Assembly: GCA_035714165.1 (NCBI GenBank)
Contig: DASTMN010000021.1
Location: 6,399 to 70,398, forward strand
Direction of reading: 5' to 3'
Source of the DNA: Rhizomicrobium sp.
Lineage (GTDB): Bacteria > Pseudomonadota > Alphaproteobacteria > Micropepsales > Micropepsaceae
Length of the DNA: 64,000 nt
Shown here one piece after another: positions 9,900-17,993 of this stretch. The notes below the pieces were generated by a model. The model made no database searches, was not told where the DNA came from, and saw only the letters and a program-made list of their open reading frames with translations. Every line of letters starts with the position of its first letter. Positions within the stretch are counted from its first letter, which is position 1. Position numbers and translations under genes: made by a program.

Positions 9900-10331
9900 A
9901 TGAGCGACCACCGCATCAGCCTGGACAAGGCCAACACCATCATCGCCGCCGCCTTCGCCAAGGGGCGGGAAGCGGGCATGAAGCCCCTGTCCTGCGTGGT
10001 GACCGATGCGGGCGGCCATGTCATCGCCTTCCAGCGCCAGGACGGCACCAGCTTCCTGCGTCTGGACATCGCCCGCGGCAAGGCGGCGGGCGCGCTGGCG
10101 CTGGGTGTCAATTCACGGCGGATCGGCGAGATGGCGGCGGAACGGCCCAGCTTTATCGCCTCGCTGGGCCATCTGGCCGCGAACGGCCTGGTGCCGGTGG
10201 CGGGCGGCGTGATCGTCAAGGGCGCAGACGGCCATCCCATCGGCGCGGTGGGCGTGACCGGCGACACCTCCGACAATGACGAGATCGCGGCGCTGGCGGG
10301 GATTTCGGCGGCGGGGCTTACCCCCCTCTAG
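9900..10331 (+). CDS. GlcG/HbpS-family heme-binding protein
   Basis: V.D.GG...A..R.DG, A.GKA and GG......G..IGAVGV.G.....D motifs; ATG at 9900 after AGGA. Confidence 0.88.
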   Translation: MSDHRISLDKANTIIAAAFAKGREAGMKPLSCVVTDAGGHVIAFQRQDGTSFLRLDIARGKAAGALALGVNSRRIGEMAAERPSFIASLGHLAANGLVPVAGGVIVKGADGHPIGAVGVTGDTSDNDEIAALAGISAAGLTPL

Positions 10332-10353
10332 GGGCCGCCCCGCGCGCCGCGCA

Positions 10354-11637
10354 TCACGCCTCGACCTGCGGATCCACTTTCAGGCGGCGGTTCGGGTTCA
10401 CGAAGAACCAGGGGAACACGCAGACAAAGGCCAGTCCCGCCGCGACATAGAAGGCGGTGGTCCAGCCATAGGTCGCCGCGAACCAGGGCGTGGCCGAGGC
10501 CGTCACCGCGCCCGCGATCTGGCCCGCCATGTTGATCAGGCCCGACACGACGCCGGTATAGGGACCGCCCACATCGGCGGCCACCGCCCAATAGCAGGCC
10601 TGGCCCAGATAGACCGCGCCCGCGCCGCCCGCCAGCACCAGGACCGCCAGCGTGGTGTCCTGTACCTGGCTGCCGATCACCAGGAAGATGCTGGTCAGGA
10701 ACAGGGTGGCGGCGCCGTACAGGCTGCGGCCGACATACTGGCCCTTGTGCTTGACCAGCCAGTCGCTGATCGCACCGCCTAGGACCGAGCAGGTGGTCAT
10801 GGCGATGAAGGGCAGCATGGCCAGCACCGCGCTCTGCTTCAGGTCCAGTCCGCGCGCCTCGCGCAGGTAGATGAAGAACCAGGTGTGGAAGATAAAGGCG
10901 ACATAGCAGAAGGCGACATAGGACAGCGCGCACATCAGCACGTCGCTGCTGGAGAAGATGCGCGCCCAGGGCACCGCGGCCTTGCCTTCCTTGATCTTCA
11001 CCGAGGGGTCGGACTGGATATAGGCCAGTTCCTGCGCGCTGACATTGGGATGCTCGGCGGGCGTGTCGCGCGCCAGCCACCACCAGAAGGCCGCCACCAC
11101 CAGGCCGATCGCGGCCGAGATATAGAAGACTTCGCGCCAGCCATAGAAGGCGATGATGGCGGCGACCAGCGGCGGGGCCAGGCCCGAGCCCAGGCCGACG
11201 CCGCCGAACACCCAGCCATTGGCCTTGCCGCGCTCGTGGGTGGGAAACCAGGCGGCGATGAACTGGTTGGACGACGGATAGGCCACCGCCTCGCCCAGGC
11301 CCAGCACGAAGCGCACCGCGATCAGCATCCACAGCGCCCCGCCCATGGTGGGCGGCACGAGCGCGGTGACGACGGACAGCACGCTCCACCAGATCAGGCC
11401 ATAGGTCAGGGTCTTGCGCGGGCCCAGCTTGCCCACCAGCCAGCCGGCGGGAATCTGGAAGGCGGCATAGCCCAGCAGGAAGGCGCTGAAGACCCAGCCC
11501 AGTTCGATCTTGGTGATGCCGTAATCCTCGGCGAGGTAGAGGCCGGCGATCGAGATATTGCTGCGGTCGATATAGACCACCGCGCTGATGACGAACATCA
11601 GCATGATCAGCAGATAGCGCACTCTGGTCTTCATCAT
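10354..11637 (-). CDS. MFS transporter, anion:cation symporter (sugar-acid, DgoT/GudP-like)
   Basis: YIDRSNISIA, FLLGYAAFQIPAGWL, WFP.HERG motifs; 12 predicted TM segments. Confidence 0.88.
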   Translation of the reverse strand: MMKTRVRYLLIMLMFVISAVVYIDRSNISIAGLYLAEDYGITKIELGWVFSAFLLGYAAFQIPAGWLVGKLGPRKTLTYGLIWWSVLSVVTALVPPTMGGALWMLIAVRFVLGLGEAVAYPSSNQFIAAWFPTHERGKANGWVFGGVGLGSGLAPPLVAAIIAFYGWREVFYISAAIGLVVAAFWWWLARDTPAEHPNVSAQELAYIQSDPSVKIKEGKAAVPWARIFSSSDVLMCALSYVAFCYVAFIFHTWFFIYLREARGLDLKQSAVLAMLPFIAMTTCSVLGGAISDWLVKHKGQYVGRSLYGAATLFLTSIFLVIGSQVQDTTLAVLVLAGGAGAVYLGQACYWAVAADVGGPYTGVVSGLINMAGQIAGAVTASATPWFAATYGWTTAFYVAAGLAFVCVFPWFFVNPNRRLKVDPQVEA

Positions 11638-11778
11638 GTCTCAAACCCCGCTGGCGGCGTCTTCGCGCGCCATTTCCAGACGGGAGCAAACCCTAGTTCC
11701 CGGCTTTCGTCAAAGCGGGCTTTGGGTATAGTGCGCCGGGATCATCGCACTTCGCTATTGCAATATCGGGATCGACTC

Positions 11779-12507
11779 ATGACCAAGAAACTGGACGGCA
11801 AGATCGCGCTGGTGACCGGCGCCGCGGCGGGCATCGGCCGCGCCACCTGTGAACTGTTCGCCGCCGAAGGGGCGCGCGTGATCGCCACCGACCGCGACCT
11901 GAAGGGCCTGGACGGGCTGGACGCGGACAAGCACCAGCTTGACGTCACCGACAGCGCCGCCGTCACCGCGCTGGCGGCGCGCGTGGGGCGGGTGGATGTG
12001 CTGTTCAACTGCGCCGGTTTCGTGGAGAACGGCGCCATCCTGGATAATACCGAGGCCCAGTGGCAGAAGTCGTTCGACATAAACGTCTTCGCCATGGCCC
12101 GGATGATCACCGCCTTCATGCCCGCCATGATCGCGGGCGGCGGCGGCTCGATCATCAACGTCGCCTCGGTGGCGGGTTCGATCAAGGGCGTGCCCAACCG
12201 CTGCATCTATGGCGCCAGCAAGGCGGCGGTGATCGGCATGACCAAGGCCATCGCCGCCGATTATGTGACCAAGGGCATCCGCTGCAACACCGTCTGCCCC
12301 GGCACGGTGGATTCGCCCTCGCTGCAGCAGCGCCTGAAAGACACCGGCGACTATGAGGCGGCGCGCAAGGCCTTCACCGCCCGCCAGCCGATGGGACGGC
12401 TGGGCACGGCGGAGGAAATCGCCTCCATCGTCCTCTGGCTGGCCAGCGACGAGTCCGCCTTTGCCACCGGCCAGAACTTCATTGTGGACGGCGGCATAAC
12501 CATCTGA
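11779..12507 (+). CDS. SDR oxidoreductase (2-keto-3-deoxy-L-fuconate dehydrogenase/BDH2-like)
   Basis: TGAAAGIG, catalytic YGASK, NTVCPGTVDSPS, RQPMGRLG motifs. Confidence 0.85.
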   Translation: MTKKLDGKIALVTGAAAGIGRATCELFAAEGARVIATDRDLKGLDGLDADKHQLDVTDSAAVTALAARVGRVDVLFNCAGFVENGAILDNTEAQWQKSFDINVFAMARMITAFMPAMIAGGGGSIINVASVAGSIKGVPNRCIYGASKAAVIGMTKAIAADYVTKGIRCNTVCPGTVDSPSLQQRLKDTGDYEAARKAFTARQPMGRLGTAEEIASIVLWLASDESAFATGQNFIVDGGITI

Positions 12508-12596
12508 CACCGACGTCTTCATACTTGGTCGCACGGCCGACGGCGCGCGCCGCGCGCCTGCCCGATGCTCCCGTGGACGGCGGCATAACCATCTGA
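12484..12596 (+). repeat. 24-bp exact direct repeat (GTGGACGGCGGCATAACCATCTGA) of the SDR 3' end, flanking a 65-bp insert
   Basis: Copies at 12484-12507 and 12573-12596; the insert contains a GGCGCGC/GCGCGCC hairpin at 12542-12558. Confidence 0.9.
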
Positions 12597-12667
12597 TTTC
12601 GGCTGGGTTTCGCTGCGACATAGCGCTTGCTTGACGCCCGCGCGGCGCGGGACCACAACCTTGGGCC

Positions 12668-13021
12668 ATGCAGGGAATGCTCCACGGCCTCAAGCATCTG
12701 GCGCTGATCGCGATGATCCTGCGCGCGATGCTGCCTGCCGGCTGGATGCCCGCCTCCGCGGTTCCGGGCGAGATCGCCTTCACCATCTGCTCGGTGGACA
12801 GCGCCGCCAAGCAGCAGCATGACGCCCCTGCCCGGACGGACAATCACGACAAGCCCTGCGCCTTTACCGGCGCGCCGCAGCTTGCCGCCGCGCCCGACGC
12901 GCCCGCCCTGGCGCTTCCGGCTGTCCATGCCGCTGTCGCCGAGACCGACCGCGCCATCGCCGCGCGTATCGCGGCGCAATTCCAGCCCCATTCCCCCCGC
13001 GCCCCGCCGCTGAACGCCTGA
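12668..13021 (+). CDS. DUF2946-family leader protein with C-terminal RAPP motif (CruR/CutF-like)
   Basis: N-terminal hydrophobic segment, FTICS and KPCAF Cys motifs, Ala/Pro-rich linker, ends HSPRAPPLNA; directly upstream of a TonB-dependent receptor. Confidence 0.8.
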   Translation: MQGMLHGLKHLALIAMILRAMLPAGWMPASAVPGEIAFTICSVDSAAKQQHDAPARTDNHDKPCAFTGAPQLAAAPDAPALALPAVHAAVAETDRAIAARIAAQFQPHSPRAPPLNA

Positions 13022-13076
13022 GTTTCGCCGCCGCGCCTGTCCGCGCTGCCACTCACGTTCACACCAGGGGAATCCC

Positions 13077-15137
13077 ATGACCATTTTCGCGCGCCTGTGC
13101 GCCACCGTTTCCGTTTCCACGCTCGCTCTCGCTTCGGCGGCCCAGGCGCAAATCACCGCCGATACCGCAAGCCGCGCCGATACCGTGATCGTCACCGCCA
13201 CCGCCGATCCGGGCGATCCGGCCATCGTCGCCCAGGCGCGCGAACGCCTGTCGCGCACGCCGGGCGCGGTTTCGGTGGTCGCGGCGGAAGCCTATGAGGA
13301 CCGCCTGGCGGTCGGCCTTCCCGACCTGCTGCGCGACGTGCCGGGCGTCCTGTCCAACAAGCGCTATGGCGAGGAATCGCGCCTCTCCATCCGCGGTTCG
13401 GGCATCGACCAGTCCTATCACCAGCGTGGCGTGCTGATCGCGCAGGACGGTGTGCCCTTTGCCGATGCCGATGGCTTTTCCGACTTCCAGAAAGTGGATG
13501 CGATGGGCGCGCGCTATATCGAGGTCTACAAGGGCGGCAATGCGCTGCGCTTTGGCGGCGCCCAGCTTGGCGGCGCGGTCAACCTGGTCTCGCCCACCGG
13601 CCGCACCGCCCAGTCGCCCAACCTGCTGCGCGTGGAAGGCGGCAGCTATGGCACGCTGCGCGGCACCGGCGCGGTGGCCCGCGAATATGGCAACTGGGAT
13701 GTCTATGCCTCGGTGGAAGGCCTGCGCGCCGACGGCTATCGCATCAACTCCGCCCAGGACCAGGTGCGCGGCACCCTCAATGCCGGGTATCGCTTCGGCG
13801 CGGAACAGGATGTGCGCCTGATCCTGTATGGCGCGGACATCGACCAGCAGGTGCCGGGCACGCTGAACCTGTTCGACGCGCTGAACAATCCCAAGAATGC
13901 GGGCGCGGGTGTGGTCGCCAACAAATGGGCGCGCGACCAGCAGGTGGCCCGCGCCAGCCTGCAGACCCATTGGCGCTTCGACGAAGGACTGGTGTTCGAG
14001 GGCGGCCTCTACATGACCGGCACCGCCCTGAACCATCCCATTCCCATCGTCATCAACCAGAACATCCACACCCAGGGCGCGTTCGGCCGCTTCGACTGGA
14101 CCGGCACACTGGCGGGCCACAAGGCGGACCTGTTCGCGGGCGTTTCCTATCGCCAGGGCAGCAACAACAACCGCATTTACGTCAATGCGGGTGGTAATAA
14201 GGGCCCGCAGATCGGCGACGGCCATCAGGAAGCCAGCGGCACCGATGTCTTCGCCGAGGGGCGCTGGTTCGCCACCGACGAAATCGCGCTGGTGGCGGGC
14301 GGCTCCTGGGGCCATGCCACGCGCGACTATCGCGACAACCGCAACGCCGCGAACAATGCAGCCAAGGATTTCGACTGGTTCGCGCCGCGCATCGGCCTGC
14401 TCTGGCAGGACGAAGACGGTACCCAGGTTTACGCCAACATAACCCGTTCGGTGGAACCGCCGCATTACGGCGCGCTGGTCCAGTCGCCCTTCCCCGGCTT
14501 CGTGCCGGTGCAGGCCCAGAAGGCCTGGACGGGCGAGATCGGCACGCGCGGACGCCGCGACGCCTTCACCTGGGATGTCACCTTCTACCGGTCTGCGGTG
14601 CAGGACGAACTGCTGAGCTTTAACGCCGTCACTGGCTATCCCGCGGCCTTCTTCAATGCGGGCGACACCATCCATCAGGGCGTCGAGGCCAGCCTGGACT
14701 GGGATCTGGACGCGACGCTTCTGGGCGGGCCGCTGCGCCTGCGCCAGACCTATGCCTGGTCGGATTTCACCTTCGACAATGATCCGGTCTATCGCAACAA
14801 TCGCATGCCGGTGGTGCCGGAGCATCAGTACCGCCTGTCGCTCCATTACGAGCATCCCTCGGGCCTGTTCGTCGAACCGGCGCTGGACTGGCGCATGAAG
14901 AGCGTGTTCGTGGATTACGCCAACCGCCTCAAGGCCCCCGGCTATGCCCTGGTCAATCTGGGGCTGGGCTGGAAGCTGGAGAACGGCACCACCCTCTTCG
15001 TGGATGCGCGCAACCTGGCCGACAAGCGCTACACCGCCGAATTCGGCGCGGTCACCGACGCCGCGCTGGCGGCCACCACCGTCTTCTATCCGGGTGAGGG
15101 CCGGTCGGTCTTCGCCGGCCTCGGCTATCGTTTCTAG
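13077..15137 (+). CDS. TonB-dependent outer membrane receptor (probable copper/metallophore uptake)
   Basis: Signal peptide, TonB box DTVIVTA, plug motifs RLSIRGSG and LGGAVN, C-terminal GLGYRF; copper-associated neighbours. Confidence 0.9.
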   Translation: MTIFARLCATVSVSTLALASAAQAQITADTASRADTVIVTATADPGDPAIVAQARERLSRTPGAVSVVAAEAYEDRLAVGLPDLLRDVPGVLSNKRYGEESRLSIRGSGIDQSYHQRGVLIAQDGVPFADADGFSDFQKVDAMGARYIEVYKGGNALRFGGAQLGGAVNLVSPTGRTAQSPNLLRVEGGSYGTLRGTGAVAREYGNWDVYASVEGLRADGYRINSAQDQVRGTLNAGYRFGAEQDVRLILYGADIDQQVPGTLNLFDALNNPKNAGAGVVANKWARDQQVARASLQTHWRFDEGLVFEGGLYMTGTALNHPIPIVINQNIHTQGAFGRFDWTGTLAGHKADLFAGVSYRQGSNNNRIYVNAGGNKGPQIGDGHQEASGTDVFAEGRWFATDEIALVAGGSWGHATRDYRDNRNAANNAAKDFDWFAPRIGLLWQDEDGTQVYANITRSVEPPHYGALVQSPFPGFVPVQAQKAWTGEIGTRGRRDAFTWDVTFYRSAVQDELLSFNAVTGYPAAFFNAGDTIHQGVEASLDWDLDATLLGGPLRLRQTYAWSDFTFDNDPVYRNNRMPVVPEHQYRLSLHYEHPSGLFVEPALDWRMKSVFVDYANRLKAPGYALVNLGLGWKLENGTTLFVDARNLADKRYTAEFGAVTDAALAATTVFYPGEGRSVFAGLGYRF

Positions 15138-15146
15138 GTGGCCGTG

Positions 15147-15560
15147 ATGCGATTTGGGATTGCGGCAAGCCTCGCCCTCATCCTCGCCGCCTGCGGTCCG
15201 TCCAACAAGGCGGACCAGCAGGCGGTACAGGCTGTTCTGCACGGACTGTATGACCGGCCCGGCGCGGTTCTGGAAACCGGACCGGTGGTTGTGGAGGACG
15301 ATATCGCCGTTGCGGACTGGACGCAGGGCCGGATGGGCGGACGGGCCCTGTTGCGGCGCGGGGACAAAGGCTGGCGCCTGACGCTGTGCAGCGGGGATGC
15401 GCTTCGCAGCAAGGCTGGCCTGATGGAATTGGGCGTACCTCAAGCACAGGCCGAAGCGCTGGAGCGGCAGCTTCACGCCGCCGAGGCGAAGGTCGCTCCG
15501 GAACGGCTGAAAATGATGGCCGCGTTCCGGGGCGTCATGCGGATGGAGGAACAGCCATGA
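15147..15560 (+). CDS. Copper-uptake-system-associated lipoprotein
   Basis: Lipobox LAAC; DRP....L...PVVVE.D.AVA.W.QG..GGRALLRR....W...LCSGD pattern that I recognise from proteins encoded beside PCuAC/methanobactin-type receptors. Confidence 0.7.
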   Translation: MRFGIAASLALILAACGPSNKADQQAVQAVLHGLYDRPGAVLETGPVVVEDDIAVADWTQGRMGGRALLRRGDKGWRLTLCSGDALRSKAGLMELGVPQAQAEALERQLHAAEAKVAPERLKMMAAFRGVMRMEEQP

Positions 15561-15805
15561 TCCAGCCTGGACGCAACATGCCGCATCAGGCTGCCCCGGT
15601 TCACTTCATTGCCGACCTGCCACTGCCGCGCCGGGCTATCAACGCCCTGACCAGGGGTGGCATCTTCACGCTGGAAGAGGCGGCCGCCTGGCGCGATGAA
15701 GAACTTTTGTCCCTGCCGCAATGTGGCCCCGCCGCGGTGGCAAAATTGCGGGTGCTGATGGATCATCATATTCCTGTCGAACCGGAGATTTCCCCATGCG
15801 CCTGA
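15557..15805 (+). CDS. Stand-alone RNA polymerase alpha-subunit C-terminal-domain-like (helix-hairpin-helix) protein, 82 aa
   Basis: ATGA overlap with the upstream gene and GGAGGA RBS. IADLPLPRRAINALTRGGIFTLEE...EELLSLPQCGP aligns with alpha-CTD VDDLELTVRSANCL...I..IGDL...ELLKTPNLGK. Confidence 0.72.
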   Translation: MIQPGRNMPHQAAPVHFIADLPLPRRAINALTRGGIFTLEEAAAWRDEELLSLPQCGPAAVAKLRVLMDHHIPVEPEISPCA

Positions 15806-16236
15806 CCCTGGAACACCTGCACCTGGCCATCGCCGCCCTGTTTCTGCTGGTAAGCGCACCGGGCGCGCATGCCGCCGGTACCACCGCCAATGTCGGCATC
15901 CGCGACGGCTGGTTCCGCGCCCTGCCGCCCTCCGTGCCGTCGGGCGGCTATTTCACCCTTCGCAACGGGAGCGGCGCGGCCGTGACCCTGACCGGGGTCG
16001 AAAGCCCCGGCTGCGGCAGTATGATGATGCACAAGAGCGGCCCAGGCGGCATGGAGCACATATCGGAGCTGACGGTTCCGGCGGGCGGCACCCAGGCCTT
16101 CGCGCCGGGCGGCTATCACCTGATGTGCATGGCGTCCCGGCTGGCGCCGGGCACGTCCGTGCCGGTGACGCTGATCTTCAAGGATGGCGGCAAGGTCACC
16201 GTGCCGTTCCAGGTGCGGAGCGCCACCGGCAAATAG
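15796..16236 (+). CDS. Periplasmic copper chaperone PCu(A)C
   Basis: Signal peptide; GWFRA, GYFTL.N, MMHKS...GMEH, PGGYHLM motifs; GGAG RBS. Confidence 0.88.
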   Translation: MRLTLEHLHLAIAALFLLVSAPGAHAAGTTANVGIRDGWFRALPPSVPSGGYFTLRNGSGAAVTLTGVESPGCGSMMMHKSGPGGMEHISELTVPAGGTQAFAPGGYHLMCMASRLAPGTSVPVTLIFKDGGKVTVPFQVRSATGK

Positions 16237-16244
16237 CGGCATGG

Positions 16245-16281
16245 CATGGTGCGGCCATCGCTGCTAGGACGCCGCACCATG
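16245..16281 (+). promoter_or_regulatory. 11-bp perfect hairpin whose 3' arm contains the mntP start codon
   Basis: CATGGTGCGGC (16245-16255) pairs with GCCGCACCATG (16271-16281); 15-nt loop contains AGGA. Confidence 0.6.
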
Positions 16282-16839
16282 AGCCTTGTCGCCATCCTCT
16301 TCCTGGCCCTCAGCATGTCCGCCGACGCCTTTGCCGCGGCGCTGGGCAAGGGCGCGGCGCTGCACAGGCCCCGCCTGGCCGAGGCGCTGCGGATCGGGCT
16401 GATTTTCGGCGGCATCGAAACCCTCACCCCGTTGATCGGATGGCTGCTGGGCCGGGCCGCCAGCGGCTATGTCGAGGCGTTCGATCACTGGATCGCCTTC
16501 GGCCTGCTGCTGGGCATCGGCGGCAAGATGATCTGGGAAAGCCTGAAGCGGGACGCCGCGGCGGAAAAGCCCCAGCGCCATTCCTTTCTCCTGCTGGCCC
16601 TGACGGCGGTGGGCACCAGCATTGACGCACTGGCCGTGGGTGTGACCCTGGCGCTGGTGGACGCTAACATCCTGGTCAACGCGCTGGCCATCGGCGCGGC
16701 CACCTTCACCATGACCACCATCGGCGTGATGGCGGGCCATGCGTTGGGATCGCGGTTCGGCAAATGGGCGGAAGGGATCGGCGGCCTGATCCTGATCGTG
16801 ATCGGCGCGCATATCCTGGCGCAGCACCTGTCGGCCTGA
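16279..16839 (+). CDS. mntP: Manganese efflux pump MntP
   Basis: Two DUF204 repeats with signatures [11 protein letters not shown] and TSIDALAVG; FG..E...PLIG and DHWIAF motifs. Confidence 0.9.
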   Translation: MSLVAILFLALSMSADAFAAALGKGAALHRPRLAEALRIGLIFGGIETLTPLIGWLLGRAASGYVEAFDHWIAFGLLLGIGGKMIWESLKRDAAAEKPQRHSFLLLALTAVGTSIDALAVGVTLALVDANILVNALAIGAATFTMTTIGVMAGHALGSRFGKWAEGIGGLILIVIGAHILAQHLSA

Positions 16840-16851
16840 CACCCCGGAGGT

Positions 16852-17424
16852 TCAGGACTGGCGGAAGCGGCCTTCCAGGCGGGCGATCATTTCGGCGGGT
16901 GTGAAGCCCAGCGCATCCAGCCGGCCGGACCGGGCGAACAGCGCCAGGCCCGCCAGCGAGGCCGCCAGCAGCACCACATCGCACTGGCTTTCGCGGTTGC
17001 CGGTGGGCATGCCGCCCGCGTCCGACAGCGCCTTGAGCGCCGCGATCAGGCGGCCGTTGAAAAGACGTTCGGCATCACCGCCCTGCGATCCGTTCAGCGC
17101 GCCGGAGGCGGCCGCCATGGTTTCGGCCCCGCGCAGCAGGTCCAGCGCGGCGATGCCCGCGCCCTGCAACCCGCCAGCCCCGCGCATCACCCGCGCCAGT
17201 GCCGACAGGTCGTCTGCGGCCAGCGCCAGCAGCAATTCATCCTTGTTGCGGAAATAGCCGTACAGCGCGGCGGGCGCGAAGCCCGCCTCGGCGGCGACGC
17301 CCCGCAGCGACAGGTCGCGCGCCCCGTCACGGGCGGCGACGCGGCGGGCGGCATCCAGGATGGCGACGCGGGAGGCTGCCTTGGTGCGGCGCGGCCTGGG
17401 CGTCTGGAGAGCGGCTTCCGACAT
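16852..17424 (-). CDS. TetR/AcrR family regulator
   Basis: HTH LSLRGVAAEAGFAPAALYGYFRNKDEL. Confidence 0.88.
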   Translation of the reverse strand: MSEAALQTPRPRRTKAASRVAILDAARRVAARDGARDLSLRGVAAEAGFAPAALYGYFRNKDELLLALAADDLSALARVMRGAGGLQGAGIAALDLLRGAETMAAASGALNGSQGGDAERLFNGRLIAALKALSDAGGMPTGNRESQCDVVLLAASLAGLALFARSGRLDALGFTPAEMIARLEGRFRQS

Positions 17425-17428
17425 GGCC

Positions 17429-17476
17429 GAATCATAGGTGATTCGCCGCGAATCACAGAGCGCGTCAAATGGAATC
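17429..17476 (-). promoter_or_regulatory. TetR promoter/operator: -10 TATGAT, palindrome GTGATTCG-N3-CGAATCAC, four GANTC sites
   Basis: TATGAT on the minus strand at 17436-17431 places +1 at about the ATG (17424). Inverted repeat at 17438-17456. GANTC at 17429, 17440, 17450 and 17472. Confidence 0.65.
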
Positions 17477-17492
17477 AGGCCGGGGCGCGCGA

Positions 17493-17864
17493 TCAGCGGA
17501 AATCGGGATGGGCGTGCTTGTAGACGGTGATGGCGGTGTTGATGGACAGACTCGCCTTTTCCTTGGCCCGCTGGCTGGCCTCGATCCGCTCACGGGCACC
17601 GGCTTCCAGCGCCACATCGAAGGCCCGCGCCTCGGTGGCGGCCAGCGCCTTGCCCGCCTCCACCTCGCGGCTGAGGCAGAACTGGTAGAGATCGGACTGG
17701 GCCATGAATTCGCGGACTTCGGTCATGGCGGCGCGAAGCTGCTCGGCGCCGATCCGGCTGCCATCGACCGGCTCGGGCGCCACCGGCTCCACGCACTGGC
17801 TCTGCGCCCGCGCGCCGGTGGCGAGCAGGCATAGCAATGCCGTCTGTAACAGCGTGGCTTTCAA
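17493..17864 (-). CDS. Small exported helical hypothetical protein with two Cys
   Basis: Probable TTG start (LKATLLQTALLCLLATGARA signal peptide); C..P..P..DG and LYQ.CL motifs. Confidence 0.6.
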   Translation of the reverse strand: MKATLLQTALLCLLATGARAQSQCVEPVAPEPVDGSRIGAEQLRAAMTEVREFMAQSDLYQFCLSREVEAGKALAATEARAFDVALEAGARERIEASQRAKEKASLSINTAITVYKHAHPDFR

Positions 17865-17993
17865 GCAAATCCCTTTCGATACGCCAAGTGTCGCACAGGC
17901 GAGGGAACTTGCGCCAGCCGGGGATGTGGCCCAATTTGGTACGCTACCGCGCCGCAAATCTGTCGCGAAAATGCCGATCTTGGGGAGAGCGGT

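Noticed and set aside
12484-12596. Mini CRISPR array or REP doublet
   Set aside because: Only two copies, the repeat is coding sequence and not palindromic, and there are no cas or RAYT genes nearby.
16237-16278. yybP-ykoY manganese riboswitch upstream of mntP
   Set aside because: The gap is only 42 nt, too short for the aptamer.
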